Positions 52,796 to 62,244 of a DNA stretch of 64,000 bases are shown one piece after another. Numbering within the stretch: position 1 is the stretch's first letter; each line of letters begins with the position of its first letter. The notes under the pieces were generated by a model. That model did not search any database. It was given only the letters and a program-made list of their open reading frames with translations, and was not told the DNA's origin. The stretch is from Deltaproteobacteria bacterium (GTDB lineage Bacteria > Desulfobacterota > GWC2-55-46 > UBA9637), in assembly GCA_016219285.1 (NCBI GenBank), contig JACRNJ010000006.1:4988-68987 (forward strand), read 5' to 3'. The position numbers were made by a program, and so were the translations under genes.

Positions 52796-53410
52796 TTATA
52801 CCTTGCCTCTTGACAGTATCTTTTCAAACAGCACCCCTGCCTCTACCAGTTTGATATACAATTCTTCCTCTTTTGAAAAACTCGTGATAATTACACGGTC
52901 ATAGTCTATGATGTTTAAATCTTCTATAGGTCTGATACTTTGGCCTAAAAAACTTTTGCTTTCGTTTTCAGTATCCACCACTGCAATAAGTTCTATCTCA
53001 AACTCCTGCAGTGTAATATAGGCAATCTCCGCCACCTCATCAGAGCCGCAAAACACAACTCTTTTAATATTATCTTTACGCAGATTATAAAATAATTTTT
53101 GAAAATCGTGCCCTGCAACTCTGTAAAGGCTTGTAAAGTTTTGCAGGTGGTGGTAGGTCATACGGGTTTTTTCTATAAAACCCTGTGGGGTAAGGTAATA
53201 CTTATATCGCTTTTTGGGTATGGCGGCTACGGTTATATAGCCCTTTGAGGCAAGATTTTTGATGTATGAATTGATAAGCCCCAGCGCAATACCCAACCTC
53301 TTGCTTAAATCCCGCTGAGTTATTTCATTATTTCTTGATATTTCGTCTAAAAGAAGAAGGGAGTGATAATCATCAGACGACTGTGTGGTACGGCTGTCTT
53401 TGATGTTCAT
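52796..53410 (-). CDS. Putative transcriptional regulator (winged-helix N-terminus plus Rossmann/CoA-binding-like C-terminus; Rex-like architecture)
   Basis: An N-terminal wHTH-like segment (ITQRDLSKRLGIALGLINSYIKNLASKGYI) and a C-terminal nucleotide-binding-like segment (VVFCGSDEVAEIAYI). It lies at the head of the glycan locus. Confidence 0.45.
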   Translation of the reverse strand: MNIKDSRTTQSSDDYHSLLLLDEISRNNEITQRDLSKRLGIALGLINSYIKNLASKGYITVAAIPKKRYKYYLTPQGFIEKTRMTYHHLQNFTSLYRVAGHDFQKLFYNLRKDNIKRVVFCGSDEVAEIAYITLQEFEIELIAVVDTENESKSFLGQSIRPIEDLNIIDYDRVIITSFSKEEELYIKLVEAGVLFEKILSRGKV

Positions 53411-53620
53411 ATAGTGAACACTAACACAACCAGGCAAACCATGTCAAGAAGTTTGTTCATAATATGAACAATATGTTTTGGTAAATGACAAGCTCGCTAT
53501 TTTACGGTGTGACATTATGGTTGATGTATTCTTCAAAATGTGCTAACAAGTTTTACGGTTTAAGAAATCTAAATATCAACACTGATATAAATTTTAACCT
53601 TTTTACGAATAGGAGATATT

Positions 53621-55012
53621 ATGCAACTCATCAAAGATTTTGACCCATTCAAGATCCTCAAGACGGCTCTGAAGAGAGGCGGTGACTTTGCAGATATATA
53701 TATGGAGGAGACTGTTAACACATCCATAATCTGTGAAGAGAATAGGATTGAGAAGGTAATATCGGGAAGAGACAGGGGGTTAGGATTAAGGGTTATCTTT
53801 GATTTCAAGACAGCTTATGCCTATACAAATGATACAACCGAGAACGGGCTTCTGGAATTGGCAGATATAGTGAGTAAGGCGGTAAAAGAGGGCAGGACAA
53901 AAAAGGATGTATTTCTTGTTAAGAAAGATATTACCCAAGGTTTTTTAATAAAAACCCCGCCTTCCAGTGTCGACCTGTTAAAAAAGGTAGAGCTGGTTAA
54001 AAACGGAAATTCCTTTGCAAGAGGTTTTGACAAAAGGATTGCCCAGGTAAAGGTGGTCTATGGCGACGGATTCAGGAAAATGGCTGTTGTAAATTCTCTT
54101 GGCCAGTGGATTGAGGAAAACAGGACAGGTATTTTATTTTTAGTTCAGGCGGTTGCAAGACAAGGAGATGTTGTGCAGACAGGTTATGAGCCAATAGGCG
54201 GCGTTATGGGTTTGGAGATATTTGAGCAAAACCCTCCTGAAAAGATTGCCGAGACAGCAGCAAAAAGGGCCATACTTATGCTAAAGGCACGCAAGGCATC
54301 CGGAGGTAAGATGCCTGTTGTTTTGTCCAGCGAGGCTGGCGGCACCATGATTCACGAGGCAATAGGCCATGGGCTTGAGGCAGACCTGGCTCAGCAGGGC
54401 CTTTCAGTATATTCAGGGAAGATTGGTGAAGAGATTGCGTCACCGCTTATAACCGTTATAGACGACGCAACTATTCCGTACAAGAGAGGCTCGTTTTTCT
54501 TTGATGATGAGGGAAGCCCAGGCCAAAAAACAATCCTTGTAGAAAACGGGATTTTAAAAAACTATATGTACGACCGTCTTACGGCAATGAAGGATAATAC
54601 GGTATCCACTGGAAATGGCAGACGAGAATCTTACCACCACAGGCCTATCCCGCGGATGACAAATACCATGATTGCCGCCGGCAAATCAAATCCTCATGAA
54701 ATTGTCAAATCCCTTGAAAAAGGGCTTTTTGTAAAAAAGATGGGCGGTGGGCAGGTAAATACCGTGAACGGTGATTTTGTGTTTGAGGTTACAGAAGGTT
54801 ATTTAATAGAAAAAGGTAAAATAGGGGAGATTGTAAGGGGCGCAACGCTTACAGGCAATGGCCCTCAAGTTTTGAAAAATATAGATATGCTCGGCTCTGA
54901 TATTGGTTTTGGAATAGGCACGTGCGGAAAGGATGCCCAGGGAGTGCCTGTTTCAGATGCCCAGCCGACATTACGGATACCTGAAATAGTGGTTGGGGGA
55001 GAGGTGCGATAA
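53621..55012 (+). CDS. tldD: TldD/PmbA-family metalloprotease
   Basis: 463 aa with TldD family similarity (GGDFADIYMEE...HEAIGHGLEAD...). Confidence 0.85.
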   Translation: MQLIKDFDPFKILKTALKRGGDFADIYMEETVNTSIICEENRIEKVISGRDRGLGLRVIFDFKTAYAYTNDTTENGLLELADIVSKAVKEGRTKKDVFLVKKDITQGFLIKTPPSSVDLLKKVELVKNGNSFARGFDKRIAQVKVVYGDGFRKMAVVNSLGQWIEENRTGILFLVQAVARQGDVVQTGYEPIGGVMGLEIFEQNPPEKIAETAAKRAILMLKARKASGGKMPVVLSSEAGGTMIHEAIGHGLEADLAQQGLSVYSGKIGEEIASPLITVIDDATIPYKRGSFFFDDEGSPGQKTILVENGILKNYMYDRLTAMKDNTVSTGNGRRESYHHRPIPRMTNTMIAAGKSNPHEIVKSLEKGLFVKKMGGGQVNTVNGDFVFEVTEGYLIEKGKIGEIVRGATLTGNGPQVLKNIDMLGSDIGFGIGTCGKDAQGVPVSDAQPTLRIPEIVVGGEVR

Positions 55013-55030
55013 TGAGCGTGTTGTTTTTAT

Positions 55031-55055
55031 AGTAGTTGCCAATTTATGGGCGCTC
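55031..55055 (+). repeat. Copy E (partial) of the palindromic intergenic element family, followed by a hairpin
   Basis: tagttgccaatttatgggcgc matches the 5' part of the 2238 copy. An adjacent hairpin ggagcgc/gcgctcc lies at 55051-55076. Confidence 0.45.
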
Positions 55056-55110
55056 CGATGTTTTGTTAGGAGCGCTTGTCAAAAAATGCAACTGTATTTT
55101 TTGGGTTAAT

Positions 55111-55509
55111 TTATTCAACAGCAAGAGTGGTTTGTTCAATAATGACTTCGTATTTGTATTGGCCTCCAAATTCCCTGTTTATGGCCATTACGCCGGTTGC
55201 AACGACTGTATCACCTACCTTTGCATTCTGATTTGTAGTGATTGTAATATCGTTAGTGCCTTGTTTGCCGCTGCCGTCCTGCAGATGAATCCAGTTTCTC
55301 CCCATTATGCCGCCGTTGAATTTTACAACCTTGCCGCGAACAACAACCTTTTTGCCGTTTAGTTTGTCTTTCTTGGCATACAGCTCTTCAACTGCTTGTA
55401 CGCCTTTCACCTTTTTAGCTGCGCCTTTTTCAGCAGCTTGCGAAGTATTATTCCAGCCAATAATCAAAATGGCAAGAAGCGCTGCGGTAATGCCTGCGTA
55501 AAATTTCAT
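55111..55509 (-). CDS. Hypothetical secreted protein (signal peptide; possible OB-fold/BOF-like)
   Basis: 132 aa with an N-terminal signal peptide (MKFYAGITAALLAILIIGWNNTSQA). No confident family assignment. Confidence 0.5.
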   Translation of the reverse strand: MKFYAGITAALLAILIIGWNNTSQAAEKGAAKKVKGVQAVEELYAKKDKLNGKKVVVRGKVVKFNGGIMGRNWIHLQDGSGKQGTNDITITTNQNAKVGDTVVATGVMAINREFGGQYKYEVIIEQTTLAVE

Positions 55510-55699
55510 TGAGTTCTCCTCCTTGTTTTTATGCAGCGTAGCGTAACATGTATCAGTCAGCCAAGCAATATATTTTTTTGAGAAGGAATGTCAGATGGTG
55601 TCAGACTTACTTATTGATATTTGTTTACTCTCATTTAATGAACTGAAAATAAAGGACATTGATTTTTGGGATATTTCTCATTTGCTATTTTCTGTCTCT

Positions 55700-56185
55700 T
55701 TATAATGTTTTCAATACAGCCTCTAATTCCGCAGCGTGCATCTTTTCCTCGTCGGCAAGCTCTGTATACATTGCAGCGCCTTCTTTGGTAGAGGCCTTTT
55801 TAGCCATGCCTTTAAAGTATTCTGATGCATATCTCTCTGTGTGGATGGCCAGTATCACAGCCTTTTTTATGCTGTCTATAGCGCGAACAAGTTTTTCTAT
55901 GTTTATCTCTTCAGTAAATATTTTAGGGTCTGCGGTTCTTGAAATATAATCCTCAATGGCAAGCTCCTCATCTGTAATCTGCTCCCCAAAACCTGCTTCA
56001 GGGTAATATTTCTTTTCCAATATCTTCATATGTCTTTTCTCTTCTTGTGCAAGGTTTTTAAATACAGTCTTTATTGTTTTATCCTCTATCCTATCTGCAA
56101 GTATAGAATAAAATGCAAACCCATTTTTTTCTATTAAAGAGGCTATCTCCACAGCCTCCTTCTCTTCAAGGTGTTCAAAAGTCAT
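55700..56185 (-). CDS. Ferritin-like/rubrerythrin-like diiron protein
   Basis: Paired ExxH motifs (EEKRHM, EEKMHAAE). The start is taken at MTFEHLEEKE, which is preceded by a ggaggt RBS. Confidence 0.6.
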   Translation of the reverse strand: MTFEHLEEKEAVEIASLIEKNGFAFYSILADRIEDKTIKTVFKNLAQEEKRHMKILEKKYYPEAGFGEQITDEELAIEDYISRTADPKIFTEEINIEKLVRAIDSIKKAVILAIHTERYASEYFKGMAKKASTKEGAAMYTELADEEKMHAAELEAVLKTL

Positions 56186-56347
56186 AGTAACCTCCGGTTC
56201 ATATTCTGCTATAAATTTAGCAGAGATGGACTTAAGTGGCAAGACAAATAAATCATTGAATAGGTTGTTAAATAGTGGTAGAAATGTTTGAAATAGGGTT
56301 AATATCAAGGCTTAGGTTGAGCCTGAAATAATTTAAGGAGGTTTTGC

Positions 56348-57118
56348 ATGGGATTGCTGAATAATAAAAAGGGGATTATTTTCGGCGTTGCCAATGAAAA
56401 GAGCATTGCATGGGCCATTGCACAGGCGCTGCATAAGGAAGGGGCAGAGCTCGCATTCACCTATGTTGGCGATGCGCTCAAAGAAAGGGTTATGCCTCTC
56501 GCACAAAGTGTGGGTTCGAAACTTATTCTGCCATGCGATGTTGCAAAGGATGGAGAAATAGATGCTGTGTTTAACAAAGTAAAAGAGGTGTGGGGCGGAT
56601 TGGATATTTTGGTTCATTCCGTTGCATTTGCAAACAAAGAAGAGTTGAAAGGGCTTTATGCTGATACTTCAAGGGAAGGATTCCGGCTGGCAATGGATGT
56701 AAGCGCCTACTCACTGGTTGCTTTAGCAAAACGGGCATATCCGTTAATGGAAGACAGAAATGGAAGCATCATAACCTTGACCTATTACGGCAGTGAAAAG
56801 GTTATACCAAACTATAATGTCATGGGTGTTGCAAAGGCAGCGCTTGAAGCAAGCGTCAAATATCTTGCGGCAGATCTGGGACAGAAAGGGATTAAGGTTA
56901 ATGCCATTTCTGCAGGGCCGATAAGGACACTGGCGGCTATGGGCATAGCAGGCTTTAGAGATATACTCGCCGTTGTGGAAAAAAAGGCGCCCTTGAAAAG
57001 AAATGTTACAACAGATGATGTGGCAAAGACAGCCATCTACCTTTGCAGCGACCTTTCCAGCGGGGTTACAGGCGAGATTATATATGTGGACGCCGGATAT
57101 AATATTGTGGGGCTGTAA
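56348..57118 (+). CDS. fabI: Enoyl-[acyl-carrier-protein] reductase (NADH)
   Basis: 256 aa; the sequence [25 protein letters not shown]...YxxxxxxK-containing SDR core is typical of FabI. Confidence 0.9.
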   Translation: MGLLNNKKGIIFGVANEKSIAWAIAQALHKEGAELAFTYVGDALKERVMPLAQSVGSKLILPCDVAKDGEIDAVFNKVKEVWGGLDILVHSVAFANKEELKGLYADTSREGFRLAMDVSAYSLVALAKRAYPLMEDRNGSIITLTYYGSEKVIPNYNVMGVAKAALEASVKYLAADLGQKGIKVNAISAGPIRTLAAMGIAGFRDILAVVEKKAPLKRNVTTDDVAKTAIYLCSDLSSGVTGEIIYVDAGYNIVGL

Positions 57119-57161
57119 GCAATGCGCTAAAAACCGCTGAAGATTATAAAGAAAGACAGTT

Positions 57162-59393
57162 ATGCCACAAAAACCCTTAAATATTTCCGACAAACAATCC
57201 CTTCTCCAATTCATGCGGGACAAGGCATACAGGCCGCTGTCGTTTAAAGAACTAACCCGCCGAATGCAGGTTCCTAAGGAACAAAGAGACATTTTTAAAA
57301 AACTGCTGAGAGATTTGATTAAGGACGGTCATATTGTAAAGATTAGAGGCGAGCGGTATGGCGTTCCGGCAAAGATGAATCTCACTGTTGGCGAGCTTTC
57401 GTGCCATCCCAATGGCTTTGGCTTTGTTGCGCCTGAAGCCGGCGGAGAGGATATATTTATCAATCCCAGAAATATGAAAGGCGCCATGCACAGGGACAAG
57501 GTTGTGGCAAGGGTTGAAGGCCGCAGCAAAGGCAATGGCAAGAGAGAGGGAAGGATTATAAGAGTCCTTGAACGGGCGCATAAAACCATAGTTGGGAGGT
57601 TTGAGAAGAGCAAGGAAGTTGGGATTGTTATCCCGTCTGATGAAAGGGTTCTGCAGGAGATTATAATCCCTTTGAAAGACATAAACACGATTCAACCTGT
57701 CCTGAAAGGTTTTAATTCAGGAACCGCGCCTGCAAGCAGGCACGAACTTATTCGCGCTATGGAAGGTAAGATTGTTGAGGCAGAGATAACAAGGTGGCCT
57801 GAGGAAAATATTGCCCCTGCCGGAAGGATTATTGGAATTATTGGAGAGCCTGATGACACTGAGGTAGAGATTGAGGTTATCGTAAAAAAATACGGCCTGC
57901 CGCACCGGTTCCCTCATCATGTAATTGCTGAGGCAAAGGGAACGCCGCAGGAGGTTGCGGAGCAGGATATTGCCGGGAGGGTGGATTTACGAAAAAGGAC
58001 TACGGTTACGATTGACGGTGAGACAGCAAAGGATTTTGATGATGCGGTTTCCATAGAAAGAACAAGCAGAGGGTATAAATTGTGGGTATCTATTGCAGAT
58101 GTAGCTCATTATGTGAAAAAGGGAAGTATCTTGGATGAGGAGGCATATAAAAGAGGGACAAGCGTATATTTTCCGGACCGGTGCATCCCCATGCTGCCGG
58201 AGGCTTTGAGCAACGGCATCTGTAGTTTAAACCCAAATGTTGACCGGCTCACCCTTACGGCAGAGATGGATTTTGACCACCACGGCAATATTCTACACAG
58301 TAAATTTTACGAGAGCGTTATCAACAGTTGCGAGAGGCTGACTTATACAAATGTGAAAAACATTCTTGATTCAAAATTAAAGATTCAAGATTCAAAAATA
58401 GAGGCAGACCTTTTATTAATGCAGGAGCTTTGCCTAAAACTCAGGCAAAGACGGGCAGAACTTGGCAGCATTGACTTTGACCTTCCTGAGCCGCAGATTA
58501 TTATTGATATAGAAGGAAGGGTTGAGGATATTGTAAAATCTGAGAGAAATATTGCCCACCAAATAATAGAAGAATTTATGCTTGCGGCAAACCAATCAGC
58601 AGCAGCCTATATTGCCAGATTAAAACTCCCCTTTTTATACAGGATACATGAAAAACCGGATGAAGAGAGCATAAATGAGTTCAAGGAGTTTATCCAAAAC
58701 TTTGGATATCATCTCAAAGGGAAAAAACTAAGTTCTAAGGTTCTTCAGGATTTATTATCGGAGGCAGCAGGCAAACCTGAAGAAAAACTAATCAATCACA
58801 TACTCCTCCGTTCCATGAAACAGGCAAGATATTCTGAAAAAAACATCGGCCACTTTGGACTTGCCTTTGAATATTACACCCACTTTACATCTCCCATCCG
58901 CAGATACCCGGACCTCATAGTGCACAGAATTTTAAAAACAATGATAAAAACAAGATATTCTGAAAAAGATAAAGCATATTGGGAAAAAAACCTGCCTGAA
59001 ATTGCAGCCCACACATCTCAAAGAGAGAGAAATGCCATGGGGGCTGAAAGGGAGATAGTTGATTTGAAAAAGACCCAGTTTATGAAAGATAAAATCGGCG
59101 AGGTGTATAACGGCATTATATCAGGTGTTACCAGTTTTGGCCTCTTTGCAGAGCTTGAGGAATATTTTGTAGAAGGGCTGGCGCATGTTACGAATATGAA
59201 AGACGACTATTATATGTTTATGGAAAAAGAGCATTCCCTTATTGGGGAACATACCAACAAGAGATACCGAATAGGGGATAAGGTAAAGGTAAAAATAGAA
59301 AATGTAAATATTGAGCGGCGGCAGATAGATTTGGCGCTGGAAGGGCAGATTAAAACAGGCAAAAGGCACGAGGCAGGAGGCTATAGAAAATGA
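57162..59393 (+). CDS. rnr: Ribonuclease R
   Basis: 743 aa with N-terminal HTH/cold-shock domains, an RNB catalytic domain (DFDDAVS...) and a C-terminal S1 domain. Confidence 0.9.
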   Translation: MPQKPLNISDKQSLLQFMRDKAYRPLSFKELTRRMQVPKEQRDIFKKLLRDLIKDGHIVKIRGERYGVPAKMNLTVGELSCHPNGFGFVAPEAGGEDIFINPRNMKGAMHRDKVVARVEGRSKGNGKREGRIIRVLERAHKTIVGRFEKSKEVGIVIPSDERVLQEIIIPLKDINTIQPVLKGFNSGTAPASRHELIRAMEGKIVEAEITRWPEENIAPAGRIIGIIGEPDDTEVEIEVIVKKYGLPHRFPHHVIAEAKGTPQEVAEQDIAGRVDLRKRTTVTIDGETAKDFDDAVSIERTSRGYKLWVSIADVAHYVKKGSILDEEAYKRGTSVYFPDRCIPMLPEALSNGICSLNPNVDRLTLTAEMDFDHHGNILHSKFYESVINSCERLTYTNVKNILDSKLKIQDSKIEADLLLMQELCLKLRQRRAELGSIDFDLPEPQIIIDIEGRVEDIVKSERNIAHQIIEEFMLAANQSAAAYIARLKLPFLYRIHEKPDEESINEFKEFIQNFGYHLKGKKLSSKVLQDLLSEAAGKPEEKLINHILLRSMKQARYSEKNIGHFGLAFEYYTHFTSPIRRYPDLIVHRILKTMIKTRYSEKDKAYWEKNLPEIAAHTSQRERNAMGAEREIVDLKKTQFMKDKIGEVYNGIISGVTSFGLFAELEEYFVEGLAHVTNMKDDYYMFMEKEHSLIGEHTNKRYRIGDKVKVKIENVNIERRQIDLALEGQIKTGKRHEAGGYRK

Positions 59394-61075
59394 CCTTCTT
59401 ACGAATCCATCTCACATATAAGAATATCCAGCGGCTCCGCCAGATTATTACCATACTAATCAAGCATGGATTTTACCCAATCATAGAGAGTATACATCTG
59501 ACAAAACTCATATCTCTCCCTAAAAGGCTCGCAGGGAAAAAAGCAACTGCAGCGCAGGATGCCTTATCCCTTGCTGTCAGAACAAGGCTTGCCTTTGAAG
59601 AACTAGGCCCGACATTCATCAAATTTGGCCAGATACTATCCACAAGACCTGACTTACTGTCTGAAGAATTTATAAGAGAATTTCTAAAACTGCAGGATGA
59701 AGTCCCGCCATTCCCTTTTCAGGACATTATCAAAGTAATAGAGCAGGAATTCAAGAGACCCGCAAAAGAGTTGTTTAAGGAGATAGAAGAAAAACCTGTT
59801 GCCGCTGCGTCCATTGCGCAGGTTCACAAGGCAGTTACCATGGATGGGAAAGATGTGGTGATAAAAGTACAGCGCCCGGATATAGAGGCAATAATAGATA
59901 ACGATATATCCATCCTGCAATACCTTGCAAAACTCATTGTAAAATACATGCCTGAGAGCAGGTCATACGACCCTGTGGGCATGGTGGAGGAATTTGCCCT
60001 GACCATAAAAAAGGAGATGGATTTTACCCTGGAGGCAAGCTATACGGAAAGATTTAAGAAAAATCATTCTGACGACCCAAGGGTTTTTATTCCAGGGATT
60101 TACTGGGAACTGACCGGTAAAAGAGCCCTTACCATGGAAAGGATAGATGGGATAAAGATAGACAATATAGAAAAACTCAAAGCAGCCGGTATAGATACAG
60201 AAAAAATAAGCCATATCGTGGCAGAGGTTTTGTTCAGGCAGGTTTTTGAATTCGGGGTTTTTCATGGAGACCTTCACTCAGGAAATATATTTGTTGCAGG
60301 GCCTGAACAGATTGTATTTGTTGATTTTGGGATTGTCGGAAGGATAGACAAAGAGATGCAGGAAAATCTGGCAGATATCTTTGTCGGCCTTGTAAGCGAA
60401 GACTACGAGCTTCTTACACGAGTTTATTTGCGGATGGGCATACTGCCTGAGGATATAGACGAGGTGTCGTTTAAAAGGGAATATCAGGACATGCTCTTTT
60501 CTTATTTTGGAAAGCCTTTTAAAAGGACAAGTGTTGGTGAACTGTTCATGGACTACCTAAGGCTTGCCCGAAGACATAAGATAAAAATGCCGAGAGAGCT
60601 TCTGCTTCTGGACAAATGCATACTTGAATTAGAGGGGCTGGGAAGGCTTTTGCATCCTGATGTGAATGTCCTTGTAGAAAGCCAGCAGTTTGCCAGGAAG
60701 CTTATAGCAAAGCGCTTCGGTCCGGAAACCGTGGCAAAGGGCGCCATTGATACCGTAAGAGAATACCAGACATTTATCCATTCCTTTCCGCATCAGATGA
60801 GCCAGATATTAAAAAAGATGATGAGCGATAAATTTACCATAGACTTTGTGCACAAGGGGCTTGAAGACCTGATGGGAGAAATGGACAGGTCGTCTAACAG
60901 ACTTACATTCGGCGTAATTGTGGCTGCCCTTATTATCGGCTCCTCTCTGGTGCTGGCCTTTGGCAGCGGACCAAAATTATTCGGATTTCCGTTTCTGGGG
61001 ATACTGGGCTTTGCAGTAGCAGGTATACTTGGATTGTGGCTGGCGTTTTTGATACTGAGGTCTGGGAAGTTTTGA
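59390..61075 (+). CDS. ubiB: UbiB/ABC1-family atypical kinase
   Basis: 561 aa with ABC1 motifs (AAASIAQVHKA...HGDLHSGNI...) and C-terminal transmembrane helices. Confidence 0.85.
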   Translation: MTFLRIHLTYKNIQRLRQIITILIKHGFYPIIESIHLTKLISLPKRLAGKKATAAQDALSLAVRTRLAFEELGPTFIKFGQILSTRPDLLSEEFIREFLKLQDEVPPFPFQDIIKVIEQEFKRPAKELFKEIEEKPVAAASIAQVHKAVTMDGKDVVIKVQRPDIEAIIDNDISILQYLAKLIVKYMPESRSYDPVGMVEEFALTIKKEMDFTLEASYTERFKKNHSDDPRVFIPGIYWELTGKRALTMERIDGIKIDNIEKLKAAGIDTEKISHIVAEVLFRQVFEFGVFHGDLHSGNIFVAGPEQIVFVDFGIVGRIDKEMQENLADIFVGLVSEDYELLTRVYLRMGILPEDIDEVSFKREYQDMLFSYFGKPFKRTSVGELFMDYLRLARRHKIKMPRELLLLDKCILELEGLGRLLHPDVNVLVESQQFARKLIAKRFGPETVAKGAIDTVREYQTFIHSFPHQMSQILKKMMSDKFTIDFVHKGLEDLMGEMDRSSNRLTFGVIVAALIIGSSLVLAFGSGPKLFGFPFLGILGFAVAGILGLWLAFLILRSGKF

Positions 61076-61185
61076 AGAGCATATGCAACGCAATCCCCTG
61101 ATAAAAACCTTCTTTGTGACGATGGGATGGTTGTAATTGTTGCATTTTCCATATAATACCTTCTGTAAAAAGAAAGGAGATTATT

Positions 61186-62037
61186 TTGTTTGAGATAGCA
61201 GAAAAAAAACAGCTTTCACATACAGTCGCCCTTTTCAAGATAAAGGCGCCGATGATTGCAAAAAAAAGGAAGGCAGGTCAGTTTATCATAATCCGCCTGA
61301 ATGAGCATGGCGAAAGAATACCGCTTACCATTGTGGATTCTGACAACTCAGAAGGCACAATCACCATAATATCTCAGGAGGTTGGAAAAACCACTTCCAT
61401 GCTCGGCGCCCTTGGGAAAGGCGACACCATCATGGATGTTGTAGGCCCTTTGGGCAAGGCGACACACATAGAGAACTTCGGCACAGCTGTTTGTGTTGGA
61501 GGGGGCATAGGCATCGCCCCTGTCTATCCCATTGCAAAGGCGCTGAAGGCTGCCGGCAATAAGGTTATCTCAATAATAGGCGCAAGAACAAAAGAGCTTT
61601 TAATCCTTGAACATGAAATGCGAAAGACAAGCGATGAACTGATTGTAACAACAGACGACGGCAGTTACGGCCATCACGGATTTGTGACTCAGATACTTCA
61701 AAAGCTGATAGATGAACAGACGAAGATTGGTCTGGTGGTCGGCATAGGTCCGGTGCCCATGATGAGGGCGGTGTGCAATGTGACGCGGCCTTATAAAATT
61801 CATACAGTTGTAAGTTTAAATCCTATAATGGTGGACGGGACAGGCATGTGCGGCTCATGCAGGGTAACCATAGGCGGAAAGAATAAATTTGTCTGTGTTG
61901 ACGGACCTGAATTTGACGGCCACGAAGTTGATTTTGATGAACTAATAAGGAGAAACAGAAGCTATCTCAAAGAGGAAAAGATAGCCATGGAAGAGGCCAC
62001 TTATCATGAAGGCACAAGGTGTTATGAGAGGAGATAA
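61186..62037 (+). CDS. FAD/NAD-binding oxidoreductase subunit with a [2Fe-2S] C-terminus (NfnA/SudB/PyrK-like)
   Basis: 283 aa with a ferredoxin-reductase-like fold and C-terminal CGSCRV...C. It is paired with the GltD-like gene downstream. Confidence 0.75.
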   Translation: MFEIAEKKQLSHTVALFKIKAPMIAKKRKAGQFIIIRLNEHGERIPLTIVDSDNSEGTITIISQEVGKTTSMLGALGKGDTIMDVVGPLGKATHIENFGTAVCVGGGIGIAPVYPIAKALKAAGNKVISIIGARTKELLILEHEMRKTSDELIVTTDDGSYGHHGFVTQILQKLIDEQTKIGLVVGIGPVPMMRAVCNVTRPYKIHTVVSLNPIMVDGTGMCGSCRVTIGGKNKFVCVDGPEFDGHEVDFDELIRRNRSYLKEEKIAMEEATYHEGTRCYERR

Positions 62038-62063
62038 CATGACTATAGGCAGCGACATAAATT

Positions 62064-62132
62064 TGTAGTCTGCCGATTTATCGGCGATTTTAAAATACGC
62101 CCATGGGGCACCAAACAGAAGGTTGGGTCGGG
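62064..62132 (-). repeat. Copy C (inverted orientation) of the palindromic intergenic element family
   Basis: tgtagtctgccgatttatcggcgattttaaaatacgcccatggggc...gggcaaactacag is the reverse complement of the 63668 copy. Confidence 0.65.
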
Positions 62133-62244
62133 CAAACTACAGCTACTTATTTTTGTCGTTCATTATATGCAGATTACAATGGCAGATTAAGGCAAAAATA
62201 ATAGCTTAACTCTGTGTAATCGTTTATAAAAAGGAGTTGGATTA

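Noticed and set aside
56744-57292. 182-aa minus-strand Cys-rich ORF
   Set aside because: It is antisense to fabI, whose sequence is near-canonical. It is likely spurious.
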